A stretch of 64,000 bases of DNA from the human T2T-CHM13v2.0 reference genome, Homo sapiens (GCF_009914755.1 NC_060931.1); one strand, 5' to 3'. Shown: positions 1 to 22,021, counted from the stretch's first letter. Notes: generated from the letters alone by a model not told the origin. A program made the numbers and translations.

Positions 1-1405
1 AAGTAACTACAAATATTTTATTGATGCATATAGATTTATGAGGATGTTTAGGGAGAAGCCATCTCAGTTAAACAGGAAAGAGTTCTTAATCTTTAAAATC
101 TTAATTATAATCAGAAGGAAGCAAAAATCTTTAACTACTTACCATTTTGTAAACTCTTGTAACTTAATTTGTGAAATTCTCTATTTCTACTTTATATCAT
201 TTTAAAAAGAAATCTAATTAGAGATTTTTATCAAAAACACCTTAGGCAAGAATTCCCAAATGAGAAGCAAACAGAAAACTAAGCAGGAAGGTAAACTCTG
301 ATTGTAATAAGGAAACAAAATAAAAAGTATGCAAAAGTGTCAGTGAGACAACAACAGGCTTCTACAATTACACTCAGGAGGGAGATGGTGGCTTATGTAT
401 TGTCTCCTTTTTTAAATAAATGAGAAGGGGAATAAAATGCAGAATAATCAAAATGGTTGACACACAGCTCTTTAAAAATAGGTTTCCAATTTGCGCAAAT
501 GAAGAAATAACATTTTCTCTAAAGGCACATGAGGAAATACAAGTAATGAAGCAGTAGGCAAAATAAAATAGAAAATGTGAATGAAACAAAATGGCTTGTG
601 TTTGAGGTATTGAAATCAACTAGGCTGATTTAATAACTTATTTGGGGGAAGCCAAATGGAATTGGAAAACAACAGAACTATTTCAAAAATTTGCCCACTT
701 TTTAAAAGAAAGCAAGGAAGAACTATGAATTCTACCTAAATATTTATTACTAACCAATTCTGAAAAGTAATAAAATGAGATGACAGAAGGAAAGTGTACT
801 GCTGCTAATAAAGAGAAAATAAAAAATGATAATGACTGGTGGCAATTATTTATTCCAGTTTTAAACATGCCTTATTCTCATGATCATATGTCATCATATG
901 ATCACTCATGGCCTCCAAAGCCTGAAATATTTACTATCTGGTCCTTTATAGAAAAAGTTTAGACTGGCAGTTAGCATTTGAATTATCTGCCCTTTAGTTA
1001 TTTCATCCATGTGAGAAATGGAATAAAATCCATTAGAAGAAATTATTGTAAAGTACTTGACAATATTGGCATCTAATACACATTTGTCATGACAATGAGC
1101 AGCTTAGTAGTAGAAAAATGTCTTTTCAATTGGTTTGTTGCTGAAGGAATGTAGATACCTCTTGTTTTATAGTTTAAGTTCCAAAGTTTAATGTAGAGTA
1201 ATAGTATTTTATTCCTCTCCTTTCTCGGTGATCTCAGGAGCATTTCCAAGTATTAACTAAGCCTCATGGCAAATATCATCCCCCTTTTACAAATACAAAA
1301 ATTATAGCAGTGAGAATTTAAATTAGTTATTTAGGAGGATGTGGTAAAATGATAGAGGAAGTGGAAATAAAATTATCCTCATGAGTCGGTGCATTACTTC
1401 TTTGA

Positions 1406-1478
1406 TTATTCTCCAGCTCTAGCACACAGATAAAATAATTTTATTCTCCAGCTCTAGCACACAGATAAAATAATTTTA
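1406..1478. repeat. Perfect 35-bp tandem duplication
   Basis: TTATTCTCCAGCTCTAGCACACAGATAAAATAATT at 1406-1440 and 1441-1475, no mismatches. Confidence 0.95.
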
Positions 1479-2082
1479 GAATTGTTTCCATTTATTTTTC
1501 CTTCTCCTGTGATAAGGGTGGAAAGAATATTTACTGGGAAAGTTGTGACTGTTTCACCCATTACAATCAATAAAACTAATCTACGAAAGAAAACTTGACC
1601 AACAATTCATTCATTCTTAATCTTCCCTAAAATGTGTGAGTCTAGTTAGGACCAATTTTTTTTTTAAAAACGTAGTTTTTGAGGAAATTGAAATGACCTG
1701 AAACAGAATAAAGAAAGATTTTAACAAATCTTGAAATGTGGTAAAACTTCTCTTTCATTTCTTATTGAAATGTCAGGACCCTGGTTGAACCAAAGAAAAC
1801 ATTTATGTATATTGGGTTGTGGGGCAAGGAGAAAGGATTTCTTAATTTTTATTTCATTCTATAAGAGTAGAATGAGGCCACCAAATCACTAGGATGAAAG
1901 AAGGAAGAGCCTGGAGGATTATGTTTCTTCTTGAGCCTGAAGCACATTATCTTTCAAAATCTGAAATTCTGCTCCTTTGTCAAAGCACAGTTCAGAGGCT
2001 GAGCCCAGCATAAAATGTTCTGCTTTAGAAGGCTTATTATACCTTCCTCTATGCTCCCTTAAAATTCTGTTGAACCTCTATC

Positions 2083-2278
2083 TCAGTGACTCACAGAGTC
2101 TGGTCCCTGGATCAACAACATCAGCATCACTTGAAAACTTGCTAGAAATGCAAATTTTCAAACAGCCACTTGTCCACCCCACAGTCCACTGAGTCAGAAA
2201 CTCAGGGGATGGAGTCCAATAATCTGTTAGCAAGTCCTTCAAGTGATTCTAATGCCCACTAAAGTTTGAGAACCATGG
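2083..2278. mobile_element. MER5A-like hAT-Charlie MITE
   Basis: CAGCATCACTTGAAAACTTGCTAGAAATGCAAATT...GAGTCAGAAACTC...AAAGTTTGAGAACCA matches recalled MER5A consensus; ~195 bp. Confidence 0.75.
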
Positions 2279-2449
2279 CTACCACAATTTGTATTTCATC
2301 TTGTATTTTGTTATAGTTTGCATTTTACTCCAAGGGCTCTCCAAGACTGCAAGTGTGTCTTACTCATTTTTTAGAATGAATAAGACATTCTAAAAATGGA
2401 ACGATTCGATTTTTAGAATCCTGCATTCCTCATATTGCTAAGACCATGG

Positions 2450-2502
2450 AGTATTTTGCACTCAGTAGTATTTTGCACTCATAGTATTTTGCACTCACTA
2501 GT
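2450..2502. repeat. Three-copy 16-17 bp tandem repeat (AGTATTTTGCACTCA)
   Basis: Three consecutive copies read directly. Confidence 0.9.
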
Positions 2503-2749
2503 AACTCAATGAATGCTGTTAAACTGATATCACACTTGAATTTGTCCTCTCTGTTAGTATATAATATTAATAGTATTTGTGAAATATATACCATTTGATA
2601 ATTTTCCTAGTATTTGAGAAAATAATGTTCTATATTTTCTCTTGATCATATGAATCCTCAGAAAGTAATGCAATTTTTCACAGTCTGGTTTTCCTTGTAC
2701 GATCCAGAGAAGGTTCCTCTATGATTCTGCCATGTGCTGCTTATCTTGG

Positions 2750-2920
2750 TGAAAGTGTAATGATTAAGAATACAAACTCTGAAACCAGACTAACAGGAAT
2801 TGTATCCCAGCTTTGTCACTTTTTCTCTGGGCTTGTTCAAGTTACTTAACCTTTTTATGCCTGAGTTTCTGTCTGAAAAATAAGGTATAATGTCCACTTT
2901 GTTAAGTTGCTATGAATTTT
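2750..2920 (+). mobile_element. MIR SINE relic
   Basis: MIR core-like CAAGTTACTTAACCTTTTTATGCCTGAGTTTC...TCTGAAAAATAAGG. Confidence 0.6.
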
Positions 2921-3229
2921 AAAAATAAACTTAAAAATAAACAATAAAAAACTTGTCAAATAATTAGTAAATATTTGCTGTTATGTATTAGTTTTATTAT
3001 TATTAACTTGAAGAAAGAACACATGGAAATTTATTACTGTGAGTAATCATAATGAGCTCAACTAGTTATTCTAAAAGTAGCACGTAATTTCTATACGATG
3101 AAAGAACATAATGTTTCTATACTAGGAAAAATATATCTGGACAACTGTTTATTTTCTAAATTGTCCAATTGAGAAAATTACTTCTTTCTAAAAAAAACTG
3201 AGTTGTTACAAATACCCTTATAAAGAGAC

Positions 3230-3500
3230 AGCATGCTACCAGAGGAAGAACAGTAATCTTGGAATCAGAAGGACTGAGTTAGAGCCCTACTTCTATTCTG
3301 ATCATAGTTAGTTTTTTATTTTAGGTGATAAATACAAGGTACAAGTTACTTAGCAAAACTGAACTTCAATTTTCCACCTCTGTAAAAATAAAAGCAGTAA
3401 TACCTTATAAACCAGTTAATCTCATAGTTGTTATAAGAAACAAAAAATAATTACCATGAAAATGCATCATAAAATATAAAGTGCTGCATAAATACAAGGT
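3230..3500 (+). mobile_element. MIR SINE relic
   Basis: GGAATCAGAAGGACTGAGTT...CAAGTTACTTA...CTCTGTAAAAATA core similarity. Confidence 0.55.
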
Positions 3501-4179
3501 GTCTTGTTGCTGTTATTATTATTATAAAATTGAACTACTCTGCTACTCATTATTTGTTAATGTGTTCTCTTGTGTTGCATGGAGATGGTTTATTGTTGGT
3601 GGTTCAAGTTGAGAGCAAGTGGAGTAGTATTCTTCATGATGTAGTCACATCCCTTAAGAACTAGGTTCAGAATTTTGAAACATTTCACACTGGCTAATAA
3701 AACACTATTGGGCACAAATGACTTCTGCTCTGACAGCTGACCCTGCTTGGATTTAAATTGGTGTCCATGAGGCATAAGACATTGCAGTATATCATGCAGG
3801 GCCATCAGATGCTTTGCCTTTGAAGACAAACGTATTTCCTAGCCTACCGTCACTACAGTTCTAGTTAATCAGTTCCCTGGTGCTTCTCTTTATGACTCCA
3901 GGCTGTTCAGTAGTTCTGTGGTAAAACTACATTCTAACAGGGCCTTTGATTTTATTTGAAGTTTTCATGCTTTTGCTTGAGTTTTCTATGTCTTAATATT
4001 TATGAATGGTGCCCCAAACTTGATGGTAGTTTTAGAATCAACCTAGAAATCTCCTACTATCTCTGATATGGCTGGTTTTCTAAATGAAATCCTTCCCTTT
4101 GATTACTTTTGAAGTTAAATTAACAGAATATAATACACACATCTCAGATTTGGAGATTCTCTTGCTCTGTAAATTTAGA

Positions 4180-10313
<6,134 letters not shown>

Positions 10314-10325
10314 TTTTTTTTTTTA

Positions 10326-11160
10326 AAGAATGACTCTAAGTTTTTTGGTGTGAGCCATAGGAACGATGATAGTACCATTCCTTGAGAAGGAGAATAGTCA
10401 TGAGGAGGATGTCTGAGGAGAGAATAAATAATTAATTTTGGTTATAATACATATAAGTTGGCTATTGTATATAGAACATGTGCAACTACTGCAACTGTTA
10501 TTTTATTTACAAAAATCTATAGTTCAGGAGATAAATCATTGCTTAGTATACAAATATTGAGTTTTCATTGAACACATATACTTAAGCCATGGGATTGGGT
10601 AATATAGAGATGGAGACAAGGATAGGGAGGGAGGAAGGGGAGAGAGACAGAAAGATGTACCTGGGTGAAGGGCTTAGATGCAGCAGCAAAGTCATTGAAT
10701 GAAGAAGGAAAGAAGCCAGGGTATAAGGAGAGTATTTGGATTTACACAGGATAAGGGACAGTGTGTTTTATTAGAATGGGAGAGAAAGGAGAACATTTAC
10801 ATATACATGCAGAAAGGCCAGCAGGCAGATTAGGCTGTGAGAAGATTATCTTTAACTGAGAGGGAGGAGGGGGCGTGGATATTGGCAGTTGGAATTGAGA
10901 GAGGTTCTGAAATAGCATTTTGGTTTGTGGGAGAACCAAATTACTTGACACATGCTGAGAATTGACTTGAGATTTGTGCTTAAAAATATTAGATAAACTC
11001 GGTCAGGAGGGTTGAGTGCTTTCCTTCTGCCATTCTCTGATGCTCAGATGCAGGAATGGATTAGCCAGACAGTTGGATTTAGCCTGAACTCACATTCTGT
11101 CAAGTGGTTATCACAGAGAAAGAAGAACAAGAAAGCGGAGGGGATATGAAAAGCAGTGAT
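10326..11160 (-). mobile_element. L2 LINE relic
   Basis: GAATGACTCTAAGTTTTTTGGTGTGAGC, AGTTCAGGAGATAAATC, AAGCCATGGGATTGG resemble antisense L2; highly diverged. Confidence 0.5.
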
Positions 11161-14100
11161 TAGCAATTATAGGGAACATTCTACTTTATCGTGTAATGTG
11201 AAAATGTATGATGTCCGTCAATATTCCTACACAGCACAATTTATAATATACCCAAAATGTCCCATCAGTGCATAATCATTTTTGATGGGTGTCAAAGTCA
11301 ACAGTCTCATTTTTTTCTAGTAGAACTCTTCCCACCTTCAAACATGTAGAATATACTACAATAAGTTGGGATTGCTTTTTCTGTGCTTACTTCAATAAAC
11401 ATTTATGGACTATCTTACTAGGTACCAAGGGCCTTTTCTCTACAATCAGGTTAACCAGTGACTTTTAAAACTGATTGTTCTTGATCAGGACAAAGTGTTT
11501 TTCTTCAGTGCAGAATCTGGCCCTGTGAAAAATCCAGAAGGCATGCATTGAGTGGAAACCATTGAGGAAAATGCTGTTACTGTCTTGGAAAAGAAAACTG
11601 CCCCATTAGACCCACCAGTGTTCTTTTTGGGTTAGTAGGTGCCCCTGCCTCTGTTTTTCCTTCTCAGATGCAATGAATACTGTTCTGTGGTTGCTGCAGG
11701 AAAGCAAATCATACTAGAATAAATCAAATCCTTAGCAATAGACAAAGAGATTCACGTTCCTAGCAATTGATGATAGGATAATGTGTGGCTGACTTCATAA
11801 CATGGCGGCAGTCAGGCAGAATGTGCCAACTGTTATGAAATAAAATGTAATGAGCCAACTACAAAAATAGGTTTGAACACCGCAATGTAAGGAAAACAGG
11901 AGGCTGAGAAGGGAAAGTGGCAGGGCCATTGGAAAGCCACACATTCGAGCTTCCATTAGACTTGGCTGAGGATGGGGATGTGTTTGATGGTAGTAGTGTG
12001 AACTATTTAAGGATAATTTAAGTCGACTCAGGTTTATTTAGGTGCTTTTTTTCCTTTATGTACTAGCCTGCCATTATGAATAAGGATTCTAATATTTTAG
12101 AGGGTCTTTTGCTTTTATAACCAAAATTACTAACTCTTTTAGGCCACTAAGAAAACATTTAACTGATTAGTGTTGTTGAGGTGAAGCAAAACAGCCTTGA
12201 ATGCCTGTTGACCAAAAAGAAACAGGGCTTTAGCTCCCTCTAAAAGTGATCTGAGATGTGGACAATCATTGTATTTACTTCAGTATTCCATTTGGCTAAC
12301 GGCACAGCATGATATTTCACGGCCTGAAGGTAGGAGGAAAAGTCTCCGCATAAAGAAGGCAATAAACAGCTAAGGAACTAGGAAGCTCTCCTTAATCTCC
12401 CTCTGGCAAACCAAGTAAGGTGGATTGTAAAAGCCTGACTTGAAGCCACACTGTTTTGAATGTAAAGACAAGGCTCAAATGTTCTTAATTCACTCCCAGG
12501 GAGCACTCAATCCAGCTGACTGTAACATAAGGAATTTAATAAAATAAAAGCAAGTTATCTAGTCAAACCTCCTGCTGCATTTTTTATAATATCAAAATGA
12601 AAATAGGCTTAATTTGTTGTTGTAATCAAATTCATTACAACAGCCAAACATGTTTTATGCTGTTCCCCCCTTGGATATTGTATTGCTGCTGATAGTATGA
12701 ATTGGAAGGGGGTAAAATTATTCACTTGTTGAATGCAAATTAATTCATGGCACTGAGGTATCATTCACCAAACCTCACAGGTGGCAATTTATAAAATAGT
12801 CATTTCAAAATGGAACCATAATGGCTAGGCTGAGTTTTTTCTTTATTTTAATTTATTTAATAAGGAGCATTTTATTTTTGTTTAATAAAGAGCTCACTGG
12901 ACAACTTTATATGAAATCTTATTGTAGGTCCAACATAAGGAGCTGTTTATCCATGCTGTCACTCTAAGTGCAAAAGGTTAGATTCCTAATTATCAGATAA
13001 TTACAATATATGATGCTTTTCTGCTGCTATGTGGGCTTACCTAGGATGATAAAAGTGTATCCACTGCGCATGAGGCTGATAAATGAGACAAAGTGAGCAC
13101 ACAAGCAACTGAAGCTTAAAGAACACAGTAGATAACAGAAGAGTGGCAGATTAAAAGAGTTATGAGAGTTCAGATGAGTGAATTCAAGCTGTTCCTTAGC
13201 TCTATTAGTGTTACATTATCCCTTTTAGAGAATTTAATTTTTGCCACTTCCTACATGTACTTCCTACATGGTGTATATTTCTCATCTCTCATTTGCTTTT
13301 TTGAAGATTGTAATTAGCGAGGTTTCATTAAAAATAAGTGAAGAAGTAGAATTAATTCAGGCAATTAGGCTGGCTCATTGGGGCTGTGCTAAAGATAACG
13401 AACAAGCTGATACGTGTAGAAAACATAAGGGAAAGATATATGCAGAATAGGGAGTGATTTGTACATGCTGTCTTCTAAACTTCCCGAATGATGACAGAGC
13501 AGGGGTTGGCTAAAAAATGTTAAGCATGAATAAGGTACTGACATACTGACAGATAGAAAATTACTTTTAGTACATAATAAAAACCATCTGTCAAGACAGA
13601 AGATTTAGAAGACTGAGAAAATGGGTGGGACATCCGCATAGATAGATGAATAAGTCACATTGTGTGTCTATAGAATGACATTTGATGATTGTTACTTTAT
13701 GCATTAGCTGATGTCCAATTGAGGAAAGAGCAACCTCAAAATAAAACAGAGATACAGACTACAGCCAGCTTAGCATTCTGTGAGGTGAGTTCTTAACTTC
13801 TCTAGTCACTTGTCTAGGCATCCTGGGGAGACATTTGTTTGGACTTGCCGCATTGTAGGTTGTATGTGTGTGTGTGTATGGTGGGAGATGGAATGTGGGT
13901 GTCTCTCCTTCAAGCCAATGAGTAAAATTAAAAGATCATCTGTCTGCCGCCTTCCTCTCCCTCCTTATATCCCTCTATTTTGTGTTGTGGTGGTGTTCTC
14001 TCGGTAAATAGAAATGTAGGACACTGATTTCAGAGGAGCCTTCCTTTGTCTTTGCTTCGGTTCTTAAGTAGTCTTGGGATAAAATAATCAATTATTTACC

Positions 14101-14256
14101 CTAAACAGGGCTTTTGAAAGTCAAAGCTCACATAGAATTTTAGGATTTGGATTAACAGAGGAAGAAGTGACCACAGAGTTGATTTGATGAGGAGAATAGA
14201 ATAGTGTATGTCAGCCAAGACAAAATGTAGCCAAGTTATCAGGAACCCGTAGAGTA

Positions 14257-14553
14257 CAGATGGTCTCTGACTTACCGTGGTTTGACTTAGGATTTTTCAA
14301 CTTTACAATAGGTTTATTGGAATGTAACTCCATCAAAAGTCAAGGACCCCCTTAGGACTTATAATGGGGTTATTGTTTCTACTGAATGTTATTGCATTCA
14401 CATCCATAAAATTGAAAAAATAGTAAGTCAAACCATCCTAAATAGAGGATGGTTTGCTCTGTTGCCAGGATAAGGTGCATTTTCAACTTACAGTATTTTT
14501 TATTTACAATGGACTTATTGGGACGAAACCCCATTGTAAATCAAGAAGCACTT
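14257..14553. mobile_element. TcMar-Tigger MITE (MER82-like)
   Basis: TA followed by CAGATGGTCTCTGACTTAC; end AACCCCATTGTAAATCAAGAAGCAC; internal inverted repeats. Confidence 0.65.
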
Positions 14554-16779
14554 ATGCTTTGAATATGAAATAGAAATAATAGGTCTTTCTAACTCAACCT
14601 CCGAGTACTGCTATTCAATTGTAAGCCATCAGCACACTGACAGAAGGAATTGCAAGCACAGTAGCCTTATCAGCTATATGGGAACATTTACTCAGTAGCT
14701 CATAATCTAATAATAATAATAATAATACCATATATATCTATGGAAATTTAAAATATAAACCAATCTTTCACATATATTATTTTATTATTTTGAACTATAT
14801 AGTAAATTTATATGGCAGGAAAACTACAGCCACTATCCCCTGGTTACAACTCATAATCTGTATGAAACAATATCAGCCCATATTATATTGGACATCAATA
14901 ACTAATTTATTGTCTTTGTGAATATATCTGTAGCACTGTATTTTGTAGGATTAGGAATGCCACATACTATTCTGAAAACCAAAGAGTGAAGACAGCAATT
15001 AAATCACACAGGAAAACAAAGCAATTAGAAAGAGAGCTAAAGTTAGAACTCAAAACTCTTACTCTTATTCTGATGTTTACAAGAAAGATGGTTTCCAATA
15101 ATTATACAATGTAGAAGTATGAGCTTCTGTGTATACATGGTAGACTATGACCATTTCCTTCTCAATTCAATATTTAACTACACATTAGCATAAGACACAA
15201 GTTAAAATTATCATTAACTTCCCAGTCAGTGTGTACATTCTTGTTTATAACTTTAAACTATTTCATTCTAAAAGAATAAAAAAGACCAGAGGCAGCAGCA
15301 AGATTTAACTGGACATATTTTTAGGTAAATGATGCATTCTATTTCAACATTTTCTGTTTTGTAATCAAAACTCCATATCAGCACTTAAAATATAAGGGTA
15401 TTAGATGAATGGCATAGAACAGATAAATTATCCTCAGGTGCCCTTTCTGGCATCATAAATGAGTCATTTTAGAAAGAACTTTTTATATCAAAGCTTTTAC
15501 AAAGAGCTAGTTCAGGAAAACATTTGGTATTTATAATAACTAGTATTTCTAAAACTGCAAAGCCCACGTTATATTAAAAAAAATTCTCACTTCTCAGAAA
15601 TTTGAAGAACCCCTAGAATGCTAAATGCAAAGCTATTTTAAATAGTGCAACAGACCAGCAGTGAGAAAAAGCTGTAGCATGTTTCAGGAGATAGGAGTGA
15701 TTACAAGCTCTGGGCCTATCACTGTCTAGTTGTATAACCTTGAGCAGGAAATGATGTCTCTAAACCTCAACTTCTTCATCTGAAATAAAAAGGAGTAGGC
15801 TAGATAACATGTAAACACCATTTCAGCTTTAATAATCTCTGGCCATAAAACCTATATTTTATAGTATTACTTGGCAGATCAGAATCCTATAAAGTAATTT
15901 GATTCCCTCAGCAGCCTGTGGATATAAATAAGTTTATTTTAGCATTTCTGCTCACATTTCACTGAGCATTGTTTCTTTTACCTTTTCACAACAGACTTCA
16001 GTCCTCTGAAAAGGTCACCTTTGTATTTCTGGATGTTGCTAAGATGTCTTACATATGCCTGTGGATAAATCTCAGCCTGCCGAAGCTCTTCAAGCTTTGC
16101 TGTTGCTCTGATAGCCAATTGCCACCCTGTCCAGTTACTGTCTCCTGCAATTCCTAACCTGGAGACCCATGAGGGGCAAAAATCATGCTGTGTTTCTTGT
16201 AGGTGGGGTGTCACTGCATTAGAAGTAGTTTAGAAACACCTTTTCCTCAGGAGGCTTTGGACTCACCCCATGGGGCCTGAGCTGTGAAGGCTTCTTCATT
16301 TTCCTGTGTCTGTCTTTTACGGCCACAGAATCCATGCATAAATATTCCTCACTGGTTCCATTTCCTCTTACACAAATCAATGTATGTAGATTCCTGAGAG
16401 GTTGCTGACCCCATAAAAGCAATCTGAATTTGGACCAAGTCAAGGCCTTCTCTGGTAGTTGTGTCTATTGGTGGGAACTAATATTTTAAAACAGTGGATA
16501 CACCCCCTGCAACAAATTCTCTTCAGTCCTCCTAATAAAAGGGAGAAGCATCTAACATGAAGAAGCCTGCACTCAGATTAGAAGTGTCTTGTTTTGGAGT
16601 CATGTGAATTTTCCTTGTTTTAGGGTCATGTTAATGAAAGAGGTTCTTTCATTTAAGATTTACTGTTAGGACACCCTAAATTTTATAATCATTATCTGTG
16701 GTATGGGGTTGCTGCCAGCAAGTAAGTGCTTATAAATGTGACTTCAATTTCAAAAAAGAGAACGTAAACTTCTATAGCA

Positions 16780-17000
16780 GTCAGTAAGGTGTTGTGGAAA
16801 GACTGAAATTTTCAGTCAGACGTGTGAGATCAAATCTTGTCTGCACCACTACTATAGAGAAAATTATTTATAGCTTGAACCTCCATTTTCTCACCCATCA
16901 AATGGAGATAATAATGCATAACTTGTAGAGCTTCTTTGAAAACCAAATGAGCCAACGCATGTAAAGTGCTCAGTACAGTAAGCTTTAACAAATGTGATAT
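16780..17000 (+). mobile_element. MIR SINE relic
   Basis: CATCAAATGGAGATAATAATG...ATGTAAAGTGCTCAGTACAGT. Confidence 0.65.
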
Positions 17001-17027
17001 ATCTGAAGGGACCCTCTCAATGGTTGG

Positions 17028-17394
17028 TGATATGGTTTGGCTCTGTGTCCCCAGTGAAATCTCATCTCAAATTGTAATCGCCACGTGTCAAGGAAGGGAC
17101 CTGGTGGGAAGTGATTGTATCATGGGGGTGGTTTCCCCTACGGTATTCTCGTGACAGGAGCGAGTTCTCATGAGATTTGATGGTTTTATAAGTGTTTGAC
17201 AATTCCTCCTTCACACTCACACTCTCTCTTGCATGCCACCATGTAATTTGTGCCTGCCTCCCCTTCTACCATGATCACAAGTTTTCTGAGGCCTCCCCAG
17301 CCATGCAGAATTGTGAGTCACTTAAACCTCTTTTCTTTATAAATTACCCTGTCTTTGGCAGTGTTTTATAGGAGTGTGAAAATGGACTAATACG
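17028..17394 (+). mobile_element. THE1 (C/D-like) MaLR solo LTR
   Basis: TGATATGGTTTGGCTCTGTGTCCCC...GAGGCCTCCCCAGCCATGC...GAAAATGGACTAATAC; ~367 bp. Confidence 0.9.
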
Positions 17395-20300
17395 GTTTTT
17401 TTTTTATTATTATTACTCCCTTGGTATACAGTATCTAGATGATCTAAATATATTATGTGACGTAGACAAAGTAAATTCACCTCTGTGGTCCTTAGTTTTC
17501 TCAGTGGGAAAATAGGAAGATCAGCACCAGTGATTTCTAAAGTTTCCTTGAGCTCTAAAATGAATTATCCTACAATTTAAATGTTTAATTCATTTATTTA
17601 ATGATATTTTCTCTTTGATACCTGTCAAATTCACATTAAAACTATTATCACACTTCATTTATTTTCTAATAAATTTCTGACAACATGAATGAAACCTACA
17701 ATGTATTTAAGTCTACATAATTCTAAGTGGGATCTGAAGATATGAAATATTTGATTGTGGTTGCCATACATAAATGAGTCAACATACGAAGTTTCCAGGT
17801 GCTACTCATTTTTATTGGAAGGTGATAATTAGCTTTATTATGTCTATCTGGCAACACACTATATGTTGTTTCCTCACATAGTTTCATCCCTCTGTGTATC
17901 CAGAAATCAACTGAAGCTAGACTCAATCATTTTCTATATGTGCCAGTTGGGTTTAGTTGTGCCTGAAGAGTTTAATTTTGAACATAAAAGGTGACAAAAT
18001 AGCTTTGACAGCACTAGTTTGACATACATTTTTGTGGAATAGAACCACAACTCAGACCCCTTGAAAATCTGTATTTGTTGCAAAACTAACTAATGCTATT
18101 ATTTTCCATTTCATTTGAAAAATGTTGAGCAAAATAAATTCCATCATGATATTTCATTGTATATGCATAAACAATGTGGGGATACTTTATCCTTTTTCTT
18201 TTCTAAATAAAATATTTAATTTCTGTCTTGGACAATTGTTATCATCTTGCTCTTCTCTTTTGAAAACCTATTCATTATACCCTTGTGGGTTATGTTCTCT
18301 CTAGAGTTAATAATTTAAAATAATTTTTCTGCTTAACATTTTCTTCTGATCTCATGGTTGAAAGGCAACAATTTGAATTTTTCTGTTCAAAAAACAAGAC
18401 TCATGGACTTCCCTTAAAAATAATACTTTTCATCGTTAGTACCATCTTTAAAAATCTTTAGCTATTTACACTTATGTAAAACCACGGAAACCAGAGTGTG
18501 AGGAATTGGTAATTTGCACTATTTTTAATTATTATCATGATTGTTGTATTAACTGTTTATAGTCCATATTAATAAAAATGAATGGAGTGGCAGTAACAAA
18601 TCCAATGAATCTCTGACTGTTGAGACATGGTATTTTGGCCACAAAATTATCATCTTTATGCATTTCCAATGGACACTTCTCACTTGAATATTCTCCTTTT
18701 TTATTATTGTTGTTTTTCTACCATGAGATGGTTTCTTAGTACAAGTATCTGCCACATGGTTTCTAGTGTTTTCATGTATATAGTGACAATAGAAATAATG
18801 ATCATGATCTGTGCCAGTATTGTTATTGCGACTTCCAAATATCTCTATCATATTGCTTATACAAGTTATACACTGATTCTACATTTGCTTTTTACCATCT
18901 ACATGCAAGAGATTATTGCTTAAAACACATATTTTTCTACTTTTGTTGGTAAAAATTAGAGAAATCAGAAAGTGGAAAAAATAAATATCACCCATAGCTT
19001 TATGTCCCTAATGTAGCCACTATTAATATTCACTCTTGAGCAATGTGACTTGTTGGCTTTTGTATAATTAGTGTGGTGCTTCCTTCTCTTATTTTGAAAG
19101 TAAACTGCTTAAGGCATTATATATGGCCTTTGGCATTCCTGAAAAACAAATTTTTGATAAGCAAGAATTAATTTTAGTCTAAATTTCATGTGAGAATCTA
19201 AGACTAAATAACACTGATTGGAATTTAAAATGATTGACAATATAACAGAATTTTATCTTGTAGAAATCATGTAAAAGGAAAAGTATTATAATATATATAA
19301 AGTATGAAACAGATGAAAATATCCTGGCATTTGAGAGCCATTCAAATCCCAGAAGTTATAACTCTTTCAAGGATGCATGTTGACCTATTCAAACGAAAAA
19401 AATATCCTGATCCACAACCCAAATATCATATATTCCCTTCCTGTGTCCTGAAGTGCTAAAAAATGCTCATGTTAACATAAATTTTCTTTGCCATCTCCCA
19501 AAACTTTATGACCTTTTCCATCCTTGACCTAATTATACAAGACAAATAGAAATTATTTTGACTGAAGGTTTACTTATCTCCTAGTAGTGAATGAAGAGGG
19601 TGGATAATCATAAATGTAAAAACTGAGGATAAAAAGTATGTGAAGGAAACAAATTAGGGACAAGTTATTTGCTTTACAAAAGTGGTCATTAAAAATTATT
19701 TAAACAAGTCTTCCCTTATTTTCTTTTAAAAAGTATGGTTGAATTTAATCACAAAACTTTTAAAAGCTAATATATAAGATGAGGTATATTGGATTTGGAA
19801 TTATAGTGCAATTCATTTATAATCTATCTGGTAAGTTAAGTTAGGTTTTATTCAAGAAATAAGTATTGAGTTTATCACTCACACTTTTAAGCAATTTACT
19901 CTTGCTCTGTTTTGGGGGGCATTATTTAATACTAATCATATCAACATTACTGACAAGGAGCTGGGGTGTTTTTTAGTAAGATTTGTTTTAACAATTATTT
20001 TCTGATAGTGTGGTATTAAATATCAAAAACAACGACAAAGATGCCAAATTGATATTACTTTTCAGAAGATATCTCACAGCTGAAGAAATTGTCTAGAAAA
20101 ATAACAGTGTCTAATATATGTAGAGAAAATAATGTTATTTTATATTCTGCTTGTGATTATCTGAGTTTGGGGATTAGAAAGAAAAGTTGATAATAGTCCT
20201 TGTAAGGAATCTCTTTTTGAAATTTTATCTGTCTTGGAAAAGATAGAATAAACCATATTAATATTTAAATTTCAAGCATATTTTGACTCAAAATGTGTTT

Positions 20301-20515
20301 AGGAACTAAAGATAATTTTATACTAGTTCAAAAGACCCCGGCTGGAAGAATTTCTCATTTATTACATCTGTCTATTGAAGTCATTGATAAGGTTGTTGAA
20401 CCAACAGGTCTTAGGAGGAAATACATCAAAAACCAGTAACCATTTCAACTGCTATTTCTGAGGTAACAATACTGGATTGAGACACTGGTTGAGAAAGCAA
20501 CTATACTTTGATGTA

Positions 20516-22021
<1,506 letters not shown>

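Noticed and set aside
881-904. 10-bp-arm inverted repeat TGATCATATG/CATATGATCA (and a similar one at ~2368-2396)
   Set aside because: Short AT-rich hairpins are expected occasionally in 64 kb, and there is no supporting context.
13781-13790. Consensus splice donor GAGGTGAGT (also at ~23762 and ~60643)
   Set aside because: No supportable exon or ORF chain; isolated donors occur by chance.
18549-18923. Overlapping 98-100 aa ORFs
   Set aside because: No recognisable homology; composition is typical of chance ORFs in AT-rich DNA.
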